The translations under genes and the position numbers were made by a program. From NCBI RefSeq assembly GCF_009914755.1, contig NC_060933.1: a stretch of DNA of 64,000 nt. One strand, 5' to 3'. The notes beneath the pieces were generated by a model, which was given only the letters and a program-made list of their open reading frames with translations, did not search any database and was not told the DNA's origin. The stretch is from the human T2T-CHM13v2.0 reference genome, Homo sapiens. This document shows, piece by piece, positions 1-13,750 of the stretch (its first letter is position 1; each line of letters begins with the position of its first letter).

Positions 1-70
1 GCTATTTGGTAATTTATTCTTATATTTAACATTTTAAATAAAATCTAAATTTGCATATTTTCCTGTATAG

Positions 71-127
71 GTAGATCACCATAATCAGGAGAGTTACAAG
101 TGCAAATTGATAAAGAGTGCTTTATCA
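71..127 (+). other. Candidate 57-nt internal exon (unverified)
   Basis: Acceptor TTTTCCTGTATAG| ends at 70 and donor |GTAAGT lies at 128-133; open in phase 0 (VDHHNQESYKCKLIKSALS); peptide not recognised. Confidence 0.2.
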
Positions 128-302
128 GTAAGTCAAATACCAGGAATAAAATTCTTGATGACAGCATGCTTTTCCAAAATAATGGACAATTCTTGGTAAA
201 GTGCCAAATAAAGCAATATGTAATTTTCCCTTAATTTCTATGGTAGATCCGTTTGTGTGACGTTCAACACATATTACAATTGTGTGAAAGCATCATACTT
301 AC

Positions 303-346
303 ATGTAAAACGGGCCTCCGTCATTTTTTCAGCTTCATCATTTTCA
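303..346 (-). other. Candidate 44-nt internal exon (unverified)
   Basis: Minus strand reads ...TTTGAATGTTTCAG|TGAAAATGATGAAGCTG...TTTTACAT|GTAAGT; purine-rich, 2 CpGs, one open frame (ENDEAEKMTEARFT). Confidence 0.2.
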
Positions 347-544
347 CTGAAACATTCAAAGTAAACTGGAACACAGCATGGTTTTCTAGGGTACAGAAAG
401 GTATATCTCGATTTTGGAGAATTCTAGATGTGGACTGACTAAAAGTCCCAGTCCTCATTCTCTAAATGCTCAGAAAATTTCCAAAATTCCCTGAAGAGGA
501 GATATTACCTCCTATGGGAACCACTGATATCTCACAACCACTCA

Positions 545-705
545 TATCTTTGCAACCTCAGAGTAACAGTGCTCCAGTTTACAAAAAGAAAACTGAGATT
601 CAGAATGGGGAAAAAATGCCCTGTATAGTTACATAACTAATACATAGTAGAGATGGAATTAAAATTCAGGTCTGTGTACTTCAGAGACAAGCCTTTTCCA
701 CTAGA
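545..705 (-). mobile_element. MIR SINE fragment
   Basis: Core-like ...TTTACAAAAAGAAAACTGAGATTCAGA...AGTAGAGATGGAATTAAAATTCAGGTCTG. Confidence 0.6.
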
Positions 706-2193
706 ACCTGCTGGTGCCAATCTCTTTTGATTAAATAAATAGGTGAATCCAAAATTAATAAATGGACTCATCATTTGGCCTTAAAGATCTTTTGCCATCC
801 CAACCGCTCCTTGAAGGGAAGGAAATTGAGGCCCACACAGACTATTGCACTTTCTAATATGGGAAGTCTTGTCCACACTACAGTGACCATATTTCACAAA
901 CCCAACATGTTTTCTTGGATGGACTTAAAGCCACTGGATACAAAAATCACTACTATTTTAATTGCACGACTCTTTATTGCTTCCTTGTATTTTGTGAACT
1001 GATAATGAGTCACAGTGATATTGCAGAATTGTGATTTTTTTTTTGGCTGTGAGGTTTGAAAAATTAAACAGGTTGAGGTTGAACTAATTTTGCTAATGTG
1101 ACCTTTTAATGTTTAAAAACTGCATAATTCCCCTCAAAAACAAGTTCCTCTTGCTTTTACTAGGAAAATGATACTGATAAAATATAAATTAAATCAACTT
1201 GATAGACAGACTGGGCAACTCAACACAAAACACCTAATTAATTGCCAACAATGAAGTTTCATGTGAAATATGATAAAATGACATAACACTGCATTTGAAA
1301 CAAGATAATTTCCAGAGAAAGATTTTAAAAGCAGTTTCTAACTGATAATGTGTGAAAAGTTAATTAAATGCAATCACTAATTATCATTATTGCCCCATTT
1401 AGAAGAAAGCATCAAGTACAAGAGTATTTTTCATATCTCCCTAATTTAATCCTTATGAAGCATATGTTACTTTTTCAATTTTACATATGAGATAAGTGAG
1501 GCTGAGAAAGTTAAAAGGAACTGTAGGATCAGGGATCGCAAAGCCAGTAGTGTCAGACATGATAATCCAATCCTGGTATGTTTTGCTCCAAAGGCTACAT
1601 CTCAAACTTACAATATGCTGTTTATTTATGGACAATGCAGCTCCAACGTGTGTGTTAAATGTGAACTAAAGAAGTTATAATATGTGTTATGCATTTATGT
1701 GGCCCAAATGTCCTTGTGTTAACCAAGCCATGGCTATAAAACAAAGCTATGCTTTTTTCTTATTAGTTCGAATTTTATTGAAGCAACCATGCACACGATT
1801 TTTTTAAAAAACACTAATAAAAACTGAATGGGAATTTTCTTACCTCTGCTGTGCTGAGGCATGAAGACAGTAGATGCATCATTTTAAAGCAGGGCCAAGA
1901 TGAAAAAGTTGGAAAATTGGTGTACTAGGAACCCTGCATTTCTCTCCTTAGCTTACCACTTCTTCCTATGCAAGAGGCTGGGCATGCTGCAAAAGGAAAG
2001 AATTCAGAGGAGAAGAATTTTAGAGCAGGGCTGGGGTTTCCCCTCCTCCCAGTTCAGATATGGAGTAGGGGCTTGCCTTTGCCTTCTGGCTTAACAATGT
2101 TTTGCGGTTGGTGTCTGACTCCAGCCTGGAAAATCTAAAGAGTTAGAGAAGGTCTGGAGAATAGCCAATGGATGAGCCAAGGGGAAGTGGTTG

Positions 2194-2746
2194 TGTCAGA
2201 GGCATTTGAACCAGAGTGACTCCATCTTGAGTAGGGGCTGGATAAAATTAGGCTGAGACCTACTGGGCTGCATTCCCACATGGTTAAGGCATTCTAAGTC
2301 ACAGGATGAGATAGGAAGTCGGCACAAGACACAGGTCCTAAAGACTTTGCTGATAAAACAGGTTGGAGTAAAGAAGCCAGTTAAAACCCACCAAAACCAA
2401 GATGGCCATGAGAGTGACCTTTGGTCGTCCTCACTGCTACACTCCCACCAGCACCATGACAGTTTACAAATGCCATGGCAATGCCAGGAAGTTACCCTAT
2501 ATGGTCTAAAAAAAGAAGGCATGAATAATCCACCCGTTGTTTAGCATATAATCAACAAATAACCATTAAAAATGGACAACCAGCAGCCCTCGGTGCTGCT
2601 CTGTCTATGGAGTAGCCATTCTTTTATTCTTTTACTTTCCTAGTAAACTTGCTTTCACTTTACTATGGACTTGCCCTGAATTCTTTCTTGCACAAGATCT
2701 AAGAACCCTCTCTTTGGGTCTGGATCGAGACCCCTTTCCTGTAACA
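2194..2746 (+). mobile_element. MER41A solo LTR (ERV1), full length
   Basis: Starts TGTCAGAGGCATTTGAACCAGAG, ends CCCCTTTCCTGTAACA, 553 bp; perfect 4-bp TSD GTTG (2190-2193 / 2747-2750). Confidence 0.92.
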
Positions 2747-2999
2747 GTTGCATCAGGAAAACTGCCAGGCAAAAGTTGCATAAATGTTTCCTCTGGACTG
2801 TCCAGATGGAAGAGAGTACCAGCTTGGATCATCATAGGTCCTGTTCACGAGGGTCAGAGGAAAAGGAAGTCAGATTTCAGCAGAGAGATGCTGCAGGATG
2901 TCTAGAGCGTGGGGCAGGAGGAAGTGAAGAGTGGTAGGAGTGTGCATCTCTCAAACAGAGACCTGAGATTGAGTACCTGTGATCTGGCAAATACAGGTT

Positions 3000-3135
3000 G
3001 ACCCCAATCCATGCCACATGAGCTGAGGGGTCATCACAGCGTGTACTGCCCAAATTTCTGGCCCACAAACTATGAGATATAATAAAATTATGGTTACTTT
3101 AAGCAGTTATATTCTGAGATGTTTTGTTACACATC
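3000..3135 (+). mobile_element. Old MLT1 (MaLR) LTR 3' fragment
   Basis: CTGCCCAAATTTCTGGCCCACAAACTATGAGATATAATAAA...TTTAAGC...TTTGTTACACA resembles an MLT1 3' end. Confidence 0.45.
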
Positions 3136-3824
3136 AAACAAGTCACTTCGAAGAACCATTAAAAACAATCATTAGAGATGAAGTTAATTTAAAACATCTG
3201 CCAGACACAGGGCCTGAGCCCAGATAATAATAACACCAAGTAGGTGAAAATGTCTCATGCTCTTTCCCATCTCCAAAGAGAAGTAGAAGCTCTAAATTAT
3301 CACAGAGAGAATGAACCTGACCTCATTCCCAGAAAGACTGGATTGCCCTATCAGCAGCAGACATTCAATGCTTTAGTTACATGTTACTGACAACGTTAAT
3401 TATTGATCAGAGGATTTCATGTTACCCAAGAAAGAACAAATTTGTGGGCCTGCTCAAGTTTTCATCAAAGGCTGGAAAAAAAACTTGTTCCAGAAAATAA
3501 ATTTTAAAAGGAGAGATATTTTATATTGCACACCATAAGTTATGCTATTTCAACATATCAAAGAACTAGAGCAAACCCTTTCAACTTCTTTAGTTGTGTC
3601 TTCCTGTATTCAAATATATTTCTTCTAAATACTGCAACTGCATGAGAGATTCCAAGGCAGAGTAGCCCAGCTGAAGTCAACCCAAAGAACTGTATAATTG
3701 CATACATAATCTGTATGATTATGATGACCTGTAGTTATCCAACATTGGAGCCTGAAGAAAAATTCATGGAGACAATCTGTAAAGAATTTGGGAGAAACAT
3801 CCAGGCACTATCATAAGATCACAG

Positions 3825-4130
3825 TTTTGTTTTTGTTTTTGTTTTGAGACAGGATCTCACTCTGTGCCCCAAGCTGGAGTATAGTGGCGTGACCTTGGCT
3901 CACTGCCGCCTCAATCTCCTGGGCTCAAGGGATCCTCCCACCTCAGCCTCTCAAGTAGCTGGGACTACAGGCATGTACCACTATGCCTGGCTAATTTTTT
4001 GTAGTTTTTGTAGAGATGGGGGGTCTCACTGTGCTGCCCAGGCTGATCTTGAACTCCTGGGCTCAAGCAATCCTCCTGCCTTAGCTTTCCAAAATGCTGG
4101 GACTACAGACATGAACCACCACACTCGGCT
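3825..4130 (-). mobile_element. AluJ
   Basis: Dimeric Alu with J-type CTGGGCTCAAG in both arms and a (GTTTT)n tail; TSD GATCACAGTTTT / GATCACTGTTTT. Confidence 0.95.
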
Positions 4131-4407
4131 GATCACTGTTTTAGGAGTCAGACTGTCCTATGTTTGAATAGTGCCTCTGCTGCTTATTAGCTCTATTCTT
4201 CATCAACCAAAAATTTTAATTAAAGGATCAAATCAGTGTTAGACCCAGCTAGGTATTAGAGGCACCCCAGTACATAGTGGCCAGTGACTGGCACAGAGTG
4301 AAGGAATGAACTTACTATGCTTCAGCCTCAGTTGCCCTGTGTGCAATGAGGATCCCAACTCCTCATCTTCTGGCCGAAGATAAGCATTAAATAAAATGAT
4401 TAATGTG

Positions 4408-5002
<595 letters not shown>

Positions 5003-5132
5003 ATGTTGACAAACAGGCCCACTATTCACACCTAATAAAGGATAATAGCCATTTCGTTGTATTTTGTTTGCAGAAGACAAAACCAACCTGGTGAACCAAA
5101 GGGGTTTCCAGGTTTAAAGAAAATTCTTTAAT

Positions 5133-5152
5133 GAATTTCTTTAAAGAAATTC
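5133..5152. repeat. Perfect 20-bp palindrome GAATTTCTTTAAAGAAATTC
   Basis: Self-reverse-complementary; lies among three direct copies of TAAAGAAA(A)TTCT (about 5115-5170). Confidence 0.9.
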
Positions 5153-7299
5153 TTCCCTAAAGAAAATTCTCTCTTCTCTCCTCCCTCTAGGCCCATTTTT
5201 TTCCTTTCATATTTTAAATTTTATTTGCACTTCTGTTAACAATCCCTTTAGTGAATGTCTATATGGGAATCTCTGTGGACAAGGAACTACTTTGACCATA
5301 TTACCAGCCTCCTTGGTGACATGACAAGTGAAGCCTTCACCACCAGGGAGAGGCTAGAGTCAGAAGCTTCTCAGTGTGTCATTTCCAAAACCTCCACTTA
5401 TCCGCAATAGCATTTTCAAAACAAAGGGGAAACAACACCTCTTTCCAGGGGCAGCTGAAAAATTAGTTGTTGATATTAAATCAATTAATAAATACAAAGC
5501 CTAAGAAAATGATTTATGGATAAAAAGTGATTTTTTTTCAACAAATTTGTGGTTAAAATGCATGTGTATAATACATGATCTTATCATCTAGCTAGTTATA
5601 CAAGAAATTTTGAGAGATATATTGTCAAAACTATCAACCACATGATTGTGGGAGCCTTACCCAGGGCGTGAAGTTGGCTCATCAAACCTTAATCCACACT
5701 GGTGATTAGAAATGAGCTTGTTTAGTATGAATGCTTTTAGGAGCAGCATGCGTACTGCAATTCATTGCACTTCCCTACCCCTACTTTTTGCCTTGTACCT
5801 GGTCACTTACAAGTGTCAATTGGTCTACTTACCCTTCCAGGCATTTGGGTTGGTGACCCCTTGGTCTTCTGCAGCATTGTTTCTGGAATCTGCACCATCT
5901 TGTCTATTCTTTTAAAGAGTTATTTAACTTTATTCAATTCCTTTAAAAATACATAATTTAAGAATTTTGATTTTTTGACAATTTAACAACAGCACATAAC
6001 AATGTGTGAGTAATAAATCTGTTCAATGGTGTCTTTAAAATTGCACGTGCTTTGAGAGATGCCTGTTGGGTTGCATTTTCTGCTGAATCCCCTCAGTATA
6101 AAGTCCCATAATGGAGACACAGGGAGAGTTGCAATCTCAAGATGCCTAACGTCATGGGGGAGAATGTCCTCTTGTGACTCTCCAAAAGCCAGATTTAGGG
6201 ACTTCAAGTTTAAGATGGTGGAATGAAGTGAGAAATCTAAATCTACCTCTCACAAAACCTAAAACAAAGAATGGCAAATAAGAAAAATCAGAAGCCAGTC
6301 CCAACAATAGCAACTCAACAAAAGAAAGGGCATCTACCCCACCACATAGAAAGGCAGAAATTTTGAGGCTTTCCCTCAGGTTGGTTTAACGTCTTACCAC
6401 AGTCTCAACTCTGCATTTGAAGGGACCACTACAAAGGAGAGGTTAGAAGCAAAATTCTGGGGGGTGGAAAATCATAAATAACCCCCACCTTGGAGAAATG
6501 ACACGTAGGTGTGGCTCAGGCAGGACTGAGAACTCACTAGAAAATGTCCACACAGGGCAAACTTCCCCAACCCTCGTCATTTCCCATCAGAGCAGAGGAG
6601 TACAAGCAGAAAGGCCACAAAAGCAGAGATAATTATCTCCTAAAATTAAATAGCAATTAGTCAGAGAGAAAATGAATGACAGGAAAATTCTCTGTCAGCA
6701 GGAAATGGGAGAATAGGACCAGGAAAGAAGCAAGTAAAACCCCTGCAGGCTCTGTGGGCCTATCGCTGGGGCCCCAGTCTACTTCCATAAGCCTTTCCAG
6801 TCTTCTGCTCCAAGTAGATCTAAGGTCATGCTGGAGAGAGGTGAGAGAAGCTAGGTAGGGAAACACTACCAGCAACCTCGCTCTCCCTTAAGACAACTGG
6901 GGTTGGGTAGAAAGAACCATCAGAAGCTGAAGGTATCCTGTACTAGAAGAGAGGTGCTGATGGTGTTTCTGACCCCAGCAGGCTACAGGAAGCTGGATGA
7001 GAGACAGTGAAGGAAGCCTCAGGAAAGCTAGCACAGCCCAGCCATCCTCCCCTGCACCCTCCAGCCATCCACCCCTACACCCTCCTGATGCAGAAAACCC
7101 AAAGCCAGCCCAGCCCGGCCATCCACACTGGCACTTTTCTGATGCAGAGACCTCAGAAAACCCAGAAAGGCCAGGGAAATCTCAGAGAAACCCTAAAATT
7201 CAAAGAGGAAGACAGCTAGGTCTCAGAGAGGGTAGAGAAGGCACGTGGGAAAACCCATCTACACTGAATCTGGATGGAAAAATTTACCGAGACAGAACT

Positions 7300-9870
7300 A
7301 CCCACATTAAGCATGGGCAATATGGAAAAAATAATGGTATTTACACAGTTATAGTGCAACATAAATGATTAAAAGAAGAAAAAAGAGTGATGCAAAGAAA
7401 ATATAATATAAAATTGTATATGTAAAGATCTATTCCAGAAGGAAAGAGGCAGCTGAGATAAAAATTTTGAATCAAAACATCCCCAAAGTATGCTTGATTA
7501 ATGAAATAGTAAGGAGTATAATAGGCTTGCTGCAAAGCCAAGTCGTTTATGAAGAGGAAAGGTATGAGGCTTTCCCCATGAATACAGAAGGAAAAAGCCA
7601 AGTTGACACAGGCAATTGGAGAGAAGCTAACATGAATGGAGAGCTGGCACGTCTAATACAAAGGTCATTGTTGTCCATGCATGGGGACCCTGTGTAGGGA
7701 ACACGGATATGTTCAAAGGTACAATGGAAAAAGTTTCTCCTAGATCTGAGGAAGAATAGAGTCTGCAAATCTAAACAGCAAACCATAACCCTCCCAAACC
7801 AGCACAAAATGATCTACAAAAGCACAAGGACTAGTTAAGTTTTCAAATGTAATTTTTAAAATACAACGATTCAGACCTCTTGGTAGGACAAAACAAAATA
7901 ACTGGCAAGAGCAGGGACCAAACAACAGTCTCTCCCAGAAAATAATGCAGCAGCTTTTTCTGCATGCTGCAGGGGGGGAAGCTGAGATCCGGGGTGCCAC
8001 ATGCAGGCAACTTGTCATTTAAGGACAAGTCACAATGTGGGTCAGCTCACACAGGAGGTAATTTCTGTCTTAGGAATTATGACTGTCTTAGTCTGTTCAG
8101 GCTGTGATCACAAAATACCACAGGCTGGGTGGCTTTTAAACAACAGAAATTCATTTCTCACAATTCTGGAGGCGGGGAAGTCCAAGCTCAAGGCACTGGC
8201 ATATTTGTTGTCATGAGGGTGCCTTGTATGTGTCCTCACACGGTGGAAGGGTTAAACAGGCTCCCTCAGGCCTCTTTTATAAAGGCACTAATTCCATTCA
8301 TGAGGACTTGGCCCTCATGACCTAATCACCTCCCAAAGGTCGCATCTCCCAGTACCATTACCTTAGAGGTGAGGTTTCAACATATGAATTTCGGAAAACA
8401 CATAAACATTCAGACCATAGCAATTACCATTGCGTGTTGTTTGTAAAAAGAAAAGCTTGAATCTGGATATTCAGTAACAGAAGAAGTGCCAGTAAAAGGA
8501 GTGGTAGCAAACAGAAAAACATTGAAACACAAAATCCAAACAAAATTTCCAAAGGCAGTTTGGTTCCAAGAGGTACATTTTATGAACCTCAAGAAGGTAC
8601 AACTCATTATCAAACAAACCAGAGTCAAGGGAGGAAGAAGCCATGTGAGGGCTGTAATTTCCTTATCTGTCACGGGGCGAGCGGGAAAACCAAGAACCGA
8701 GCCTTGTGAGGACGACTTGGAGCTGTAAAGGGAACCACCAGAAGAACTAAAATAAGAAGGAAACCAAGAAAAGACTGGAGGTGGAGGGGGAAGAGAGAGG
8801 AAGTGCAAGAGCAGTAATTTTCTCTTAGTCATAACAGAGTCAACAGATGCTCTGTAAGAGTGCTAAATTCAGAAACAGAGGGTTAAGTATAATATAAAGG
8901 ATTATAAAAAGAATGACTACAAAAACCAAAAACAAAATATATGACTTCCAAATTACCAAGAGGCAGACATACATGTACACATATTCATACACAAAACAAC
9001 CCTAAAATAGTAAAGATAGGTCAACAGCAAGAGACAGAAATAAAAGAAAGCTTAGAATCAGGTGATAAATTAAGACCAAACATATGTTACATCGATGTTG
9101 TAAAATAGGATAATCTCATCTATAAAATGAAAAAAAATTATAAAGTCAAATAGGAGAGACTAACCCTACATAAGCCCAACTAGGAAAAAAAGAACATTAG
9201 CAAAAACTGTGCAAAATTAGGAATGATATAAGAGCCTTTACCTTAAATAAGGGGGGAGACGGGCAAGGTGGTCAGTAGAGTTATAAATGAATTATTCTAC
9301 AGGCAACATTCTGCAATCAATTTTCTAGCAAAATATAAAATACTTAAATTGACCCAAGAGGAAGACCAATTTTCATGGAAGAAAAAAAAATGAGGACAAC
9401 TCTTTACAAACAAATAAGGCCTATAGATCCCCTCTCATCTTTGTGGATATTTCCACAGACAAGACAGGGGAAAGGAAAGAAGGCCTAAGATTTATTTGAC
9501 AAGGTTAGTATAATTCTAAGCCCAAAATATAAAGGTAGTACAGGGGAAAAAAATGAGCATAGATGTAAAAATTCTAAAGAATATGTTAGCATTGAGAATA
9601 GAAAAAAACTTCTTAAATATGACAATGATAAATATTAAAAATCAAAAGTAAATAGTATACCTAAATAATGGAAAAATAACTGACGTGTAAGGTCACTCTA
9701 TCCATTAGTTTGCAACATTGTCTGGTCAGTTTCAATGAATCTGACAAAAATTATATACCTATTGGAATACAGGAGGTAAAAGTATTCCTCTTTTCTGATG
9801 ATATGAGAGTATCCTAGATAAGCCAAGACACTCCAGGTAAGAATTCGGTGAATTAGCTGGGCATAAATGA
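7300..9870 (+). mobile_element. Highly degraded ancient L1M remnants (ORF1/ORF2 pieces)
   Basis: A-rich sense bias; ORF2-like GCATAGATGTAAAAATTCT and GGAGGTAAAAGTATTCCTCTTTTCTGATGATATG (FADDM region) near 9555-9830. Confidence 0.5.
8084..8422 (-). mobile_element. MLT1A0/MSTD-like MaLR LTR
   Basis: TGTCTTAGTCTGTTCAGGCTG...ACATTCAGACCATAGCA. Confidence 0.8.
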
Positions 9871-9889
9871 AAATTACTAAGTGCTTACT

Positions 9890-10060
9890 TGCTTACTACT
9901 CTACTACTATCATCCATTTCTATCCACAGAACACTTCTGACATCAAATGTGTGGCTTTTCCACTTGCTGCGCAATTCTCCAGTCCTCTGCAGATACCAAC
10001 TGTTATTCACACCTGTAATCCCAGGCCTGACAATTCCATTCTGACACTACCCACCTTGAA
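9890..10060 (-). mobile_element. MER21-like LTR fragment
   Basis: CACAGAACACTTCTGACATCAAATGTGTGG...ATTCTGACACTACCCACCT. Confidence 0.55.
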
Positions 10061-10113
10061 TCCCAGGCCTGGGGGGGTTAGACAGTAGCTTGAAAATAAG
10101 GCCCTTGGTGTCC

Positions 10114-10546
10114 TGAACAGAGACCCTCCTTAACCAAGCTTTGGACAGGCTCCCCAGGCCCTCTTCCCAACTAGGCCTTGACCTTGGGCTTGCATGCCTG
10201 TCCTTGCAGAGTCCAGTGTTAACAAGAATCCTGCTAAGTCAATTTAGAGAATCCTCCCACCACCCTTGATATCTGATCACCTCCTTCCAGCCCAAATCCA
10301 TTGAATTCCTCATCCCCCACCATCCTGCAGGTGATATCTGATCACCCTGGCCTGCTTTGAAAATCCTGATAGACGAGTTTAACAAGAATCTGCAAACTTT
10401 ATTCTGTTCCTTAGCTATAAATATGCCTTTGGCATTGAGCCCAATTTCTCTCTGCTACTGGCGTAGCCTGGATACCTATTGATATAGTACTGAATAAAAT
10501 CTTCTTTACCATCTTAACAAGTGCTTGAAGAATTTTTTCTTTAACA
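10114..10546 (+). mobile_element. MER31 LTR (ERV1)
   Basis: CAAGAATCCTGCTAAGTCA, repeated GATATCTGATCACC, AATAAA, ends TTTTCTTTAACA. Confidence 0.8.
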
Positions 10547-10584
10547 GCATCTCTGCAGAGAAAGTTGTCAGGGAATCAATAACT

Positions 10585-10768
10585 GACTTCTCTGTCCTTC
10601 TGCCTCCTAGTCTCCCATCAGCCCTTCCCACTAGGCAAACATACATGGGAACCAGAGTGGGAGCCTGCTGATGAGGTCCACTCGTAAAATCAGCTCCTGT
10701 GACGGGGAGCGGGATGGAGAAGTGTGGTGGAGAATGGACTGAGGGGCAACTGGACGAATGTCCAGCTC
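10585..10768 (-). mobile_element. LTR33-like (ERVL) 5' fragment
   Basis: GGAGAATGGACTGAGGGGCAACTGGACGAATGTCCAGC resembles the reverse complement of the LTR33 start. Confidence 0.5.
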
Positions 10769-12904
10769 CTCCTCCTGCGCCTCCGCTCTCAGATACTGTC
10801 AGGACCAAGCAGGGAGCACATGAACGTCCTCGGCTAACGTAACCACTGACAGGAAAGGGCTACTGGACACCTTCTCACCAAATGCCTGGACACTCAGCCG
10901 TCATGAGGATCCTCCAGGCATGTGAGGAGAAGATGACACAGATGCTATCATTCTTGTCTGACACTGGACCTGAGGTCTAAATCAATAGCCACGGTCCTCT
11001 TCTTCCGTCTTATCCTATGTACCTCTCATTGGCTAAAGCAGATATGAAGACTGAAAACAGGTAAAACTTCTTCCTGATGTTCCCAGTGGCTCTTCTCTGG
11101 AGGGTTAGTGAATAGAGGCCGGCAAGTGAACCGTGGGTGCCACTGGGATTTGGTTAGGCTCTGATTTTTCCTTTGAAATTTTATATATTAAATGTAAACT
11201 AGCAAATATGCCTTTACAAATTTTTAAATGTCTGTACTTAAGGTGCATTAACAAGGCTAAAAATATTCAAAATTATAATAAAAATTTTAAAAATTACTTG
11301 ATCTTCCAATGACTAGCAATGTTGGCAGTCAAAGACCAGTACTTCACAGAAATGAAAAGCCTCAATGATTGAATTTAGTGAACTATCTTTCATGTCATTC
11401 TATTTCATTCAATTTCACAAAACTTAAACGAAGGTTGCATTTGCATCTTTGCCTAGGCAGAAGCAATTTCTTCTTCCAGGACTCTGACTGGAGAGATTTC
11501 ACGCTTAAGACCATAATTTATCTCAGAAAAACAGAGCTCTGAATCTTAATGAACATTTTAATTCTAATGTAAGACAAAATATTTGTGTCATCTAACATAA
11601 ATGTAGAAATGATATGCCTTATAATCCCCTTGCTCTTCTTAAAAACAACTGGAAAATGTATTTTTGAACCTTTAATCGAGTGCTCTGTTACATGCATCTA
11701 TCTTTATCTTAACATCAAAACTATGAACAAAGTACTCAGCCTACCTCACCCTATCTGTTCCCTTAGTTCAATAGTTACATTAATATTTCTCTGTTTACCT
11801 TCTGTAGACAAATACCCATTACATCAAGATTATTATTCAGGAGATTTTTTCCCCTCTTCCTAGGACTATAAGAGGGAATTGTTTTTCTCTGCCAATCCCA
11901 CAAATGTTTGGAAAGATTAAAATGTCAAAGGCAGAGGGAACAAGAGTCACTGGAAACAAACACAGCCTCATTCAATACCCTCCATGATGTAAGACTTACA
12001 TATGTTTATTCAGGATAAGTGAAAAAGAAGCATATTAGTGATGTTGTCTTTTTAAAGCTTTTATGCTGCATTCAGAGACCAACAATATCTATAGTATTCA
12101 ATTATATACTATCAAAACCTTGAATGCACATTAAAATTCTCTCTAAGCTTTCTGATAATATAAAATTATTTCATAGCAACTTATTATAGTATCTATTCAG
12201 AGAACTAGGTCTGTCCTAACATATCTAATATTCACTTATGTGTATTTGATATATTTTAAATAGATGCTGCTTGAAATAATTAATTAGAAAAATAAAAAGA
12301 ACAAAATTAAAAATTAGAATAACAAAGTACAAAATGTATACTCTGTTTCAAGACTAAAGCATCACAAAGTCATAAACTTGAGTTCTGGAGACTTTTCTTG
12401 AGCTGCCTGAGGAGCTGATATTCCCACAGTTCACCAGTAGCATAAATATCCTGTTCCTGATCACAAACAATCAGGTGGGCCGCAAGACCTTCAGATTGGC
12501 TGAGTGAACCCCAAAATGTATTCCTGGGAGAGGTCATGATCACAGTTATACTTAATAAGTTTTCAAAACATATATTATTTCACATGTCAGTGCTCCTAGT
12601 GACTATAAACTAAGGTTTTTGGTGTGTAGTATGCAGTAAATTTAATTATATAGTTCAGAATTAAGATATAAAATAAGTTATAATGTAGTAACTTCATCTG
12701 CAAAGGGAATCTTTATAAAGAACAAAGCTGATTATTGCATAGAAATATCTCGATGCTTCCCATTGCCTTTAAGAATCATTCTAAAATTTGAAATATTTCT
12801 CTTGGCACTACCCTCACAAACTCCATACCTTCCAGCTGTGCCTGTCTTCTTTCTGCATCATGCTAACATCCCAAGGAGCTTCATGAACAAGCTATTTTAA
12901 GCAC

Positions 12905-13090
12905 ATAGCTTATCTTATCTCCTTTACCTCTCTAACAGCCACGTAAAGCATTATAGCCCCATTTTACAGGTGAGGGACCTGAGTCAGAAAGAGATTAAAC
13001 AACTTACCCAGGATTTCACAACTAGAAAATCCTACAGCCAGGATTTAAACCTAGGCAGGTTCAACATAGGGAAAGTCTCTGCTCTTAAAG
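12905..13090 (-). mobile_element. MIR
   Basis: CCCCATTTTACAGGTGAGGGACCTGAG...GGATTTAAACCTAGG. Confidence 0.75.
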
Positions 13091-13574
13091 TTCTCTTTTC
13101 TATTTTACAAAATGAACTTAATGGCAAAACAAGTGAATGAAACAGAAAATATACAAAATCTCAGAAAGCTTTAAAAGAATATTTAAAATTATATAATTCA
13201 TTAAATAATATTTCTTGGTATGAAAGATTCAAACACTTAGAAGTGCATGGGGACTTTTCAGTACTGTCCCCCAATCTCATACCCTCCCCCAAAGGATGGC
13301 TGACATCAGGTGACAGGTGGATCTTACCATACTTCCATAATCAGCACTCACTCTGAACACCACGACATTCGTGTTTGCAATATGACCATGTATGTGTGTG
13401 TCTGTCTGAATTCTCTATTCAGTTCTCCAAATTATTTATTTACTCTTATCATCCATATATTTTTATTCCTATTTATTTATGTGTTTCATGATATGTTGTG
13501 ATATTTTCTGGGGCTGGTACCCCTCATTCTTCTCTTCCCATCATTTATTTAGCTAATCTTCTATATTTTCTCCT

Positions 13575-13750
13575 TAACATGAAACTTTAAAACAAACTTG
13601 TCAAGTTCTGTAAAAATATTCTTGGAATTTTGATTAGGATTACATTAAATGTAACAGTTTGAGAATTGCCAGTTTTGAATGTACCTTTCAGAAATAAGAC
13701 CCTTATTTTTCTGTCTTTGTATTTGTTGTATCTTTAAAAGATACATCACT
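13575..13750 (-). mobile_element. Old L1M ORF2 fragment
   Basis: CTTGTCAAGTTCTG...GGAATTTTGATTAGGATTACATTAAAT. Confidence 0.5.

Noticed and set aside
3844-4167. Alu-derived ORFs (also 4755, 23466, 35594, 43957, 46719, 59930)
   Set aside because: Typical antisense-Alu peptides (LECSG..., SASQVAG...), not genes
6997-7368. 123-aa Pro-rich ORF with ATG
   Set aside because: Low-complexity CCAGCC-rich sequence next to old L1 remnants; no promoter, splice or homology support
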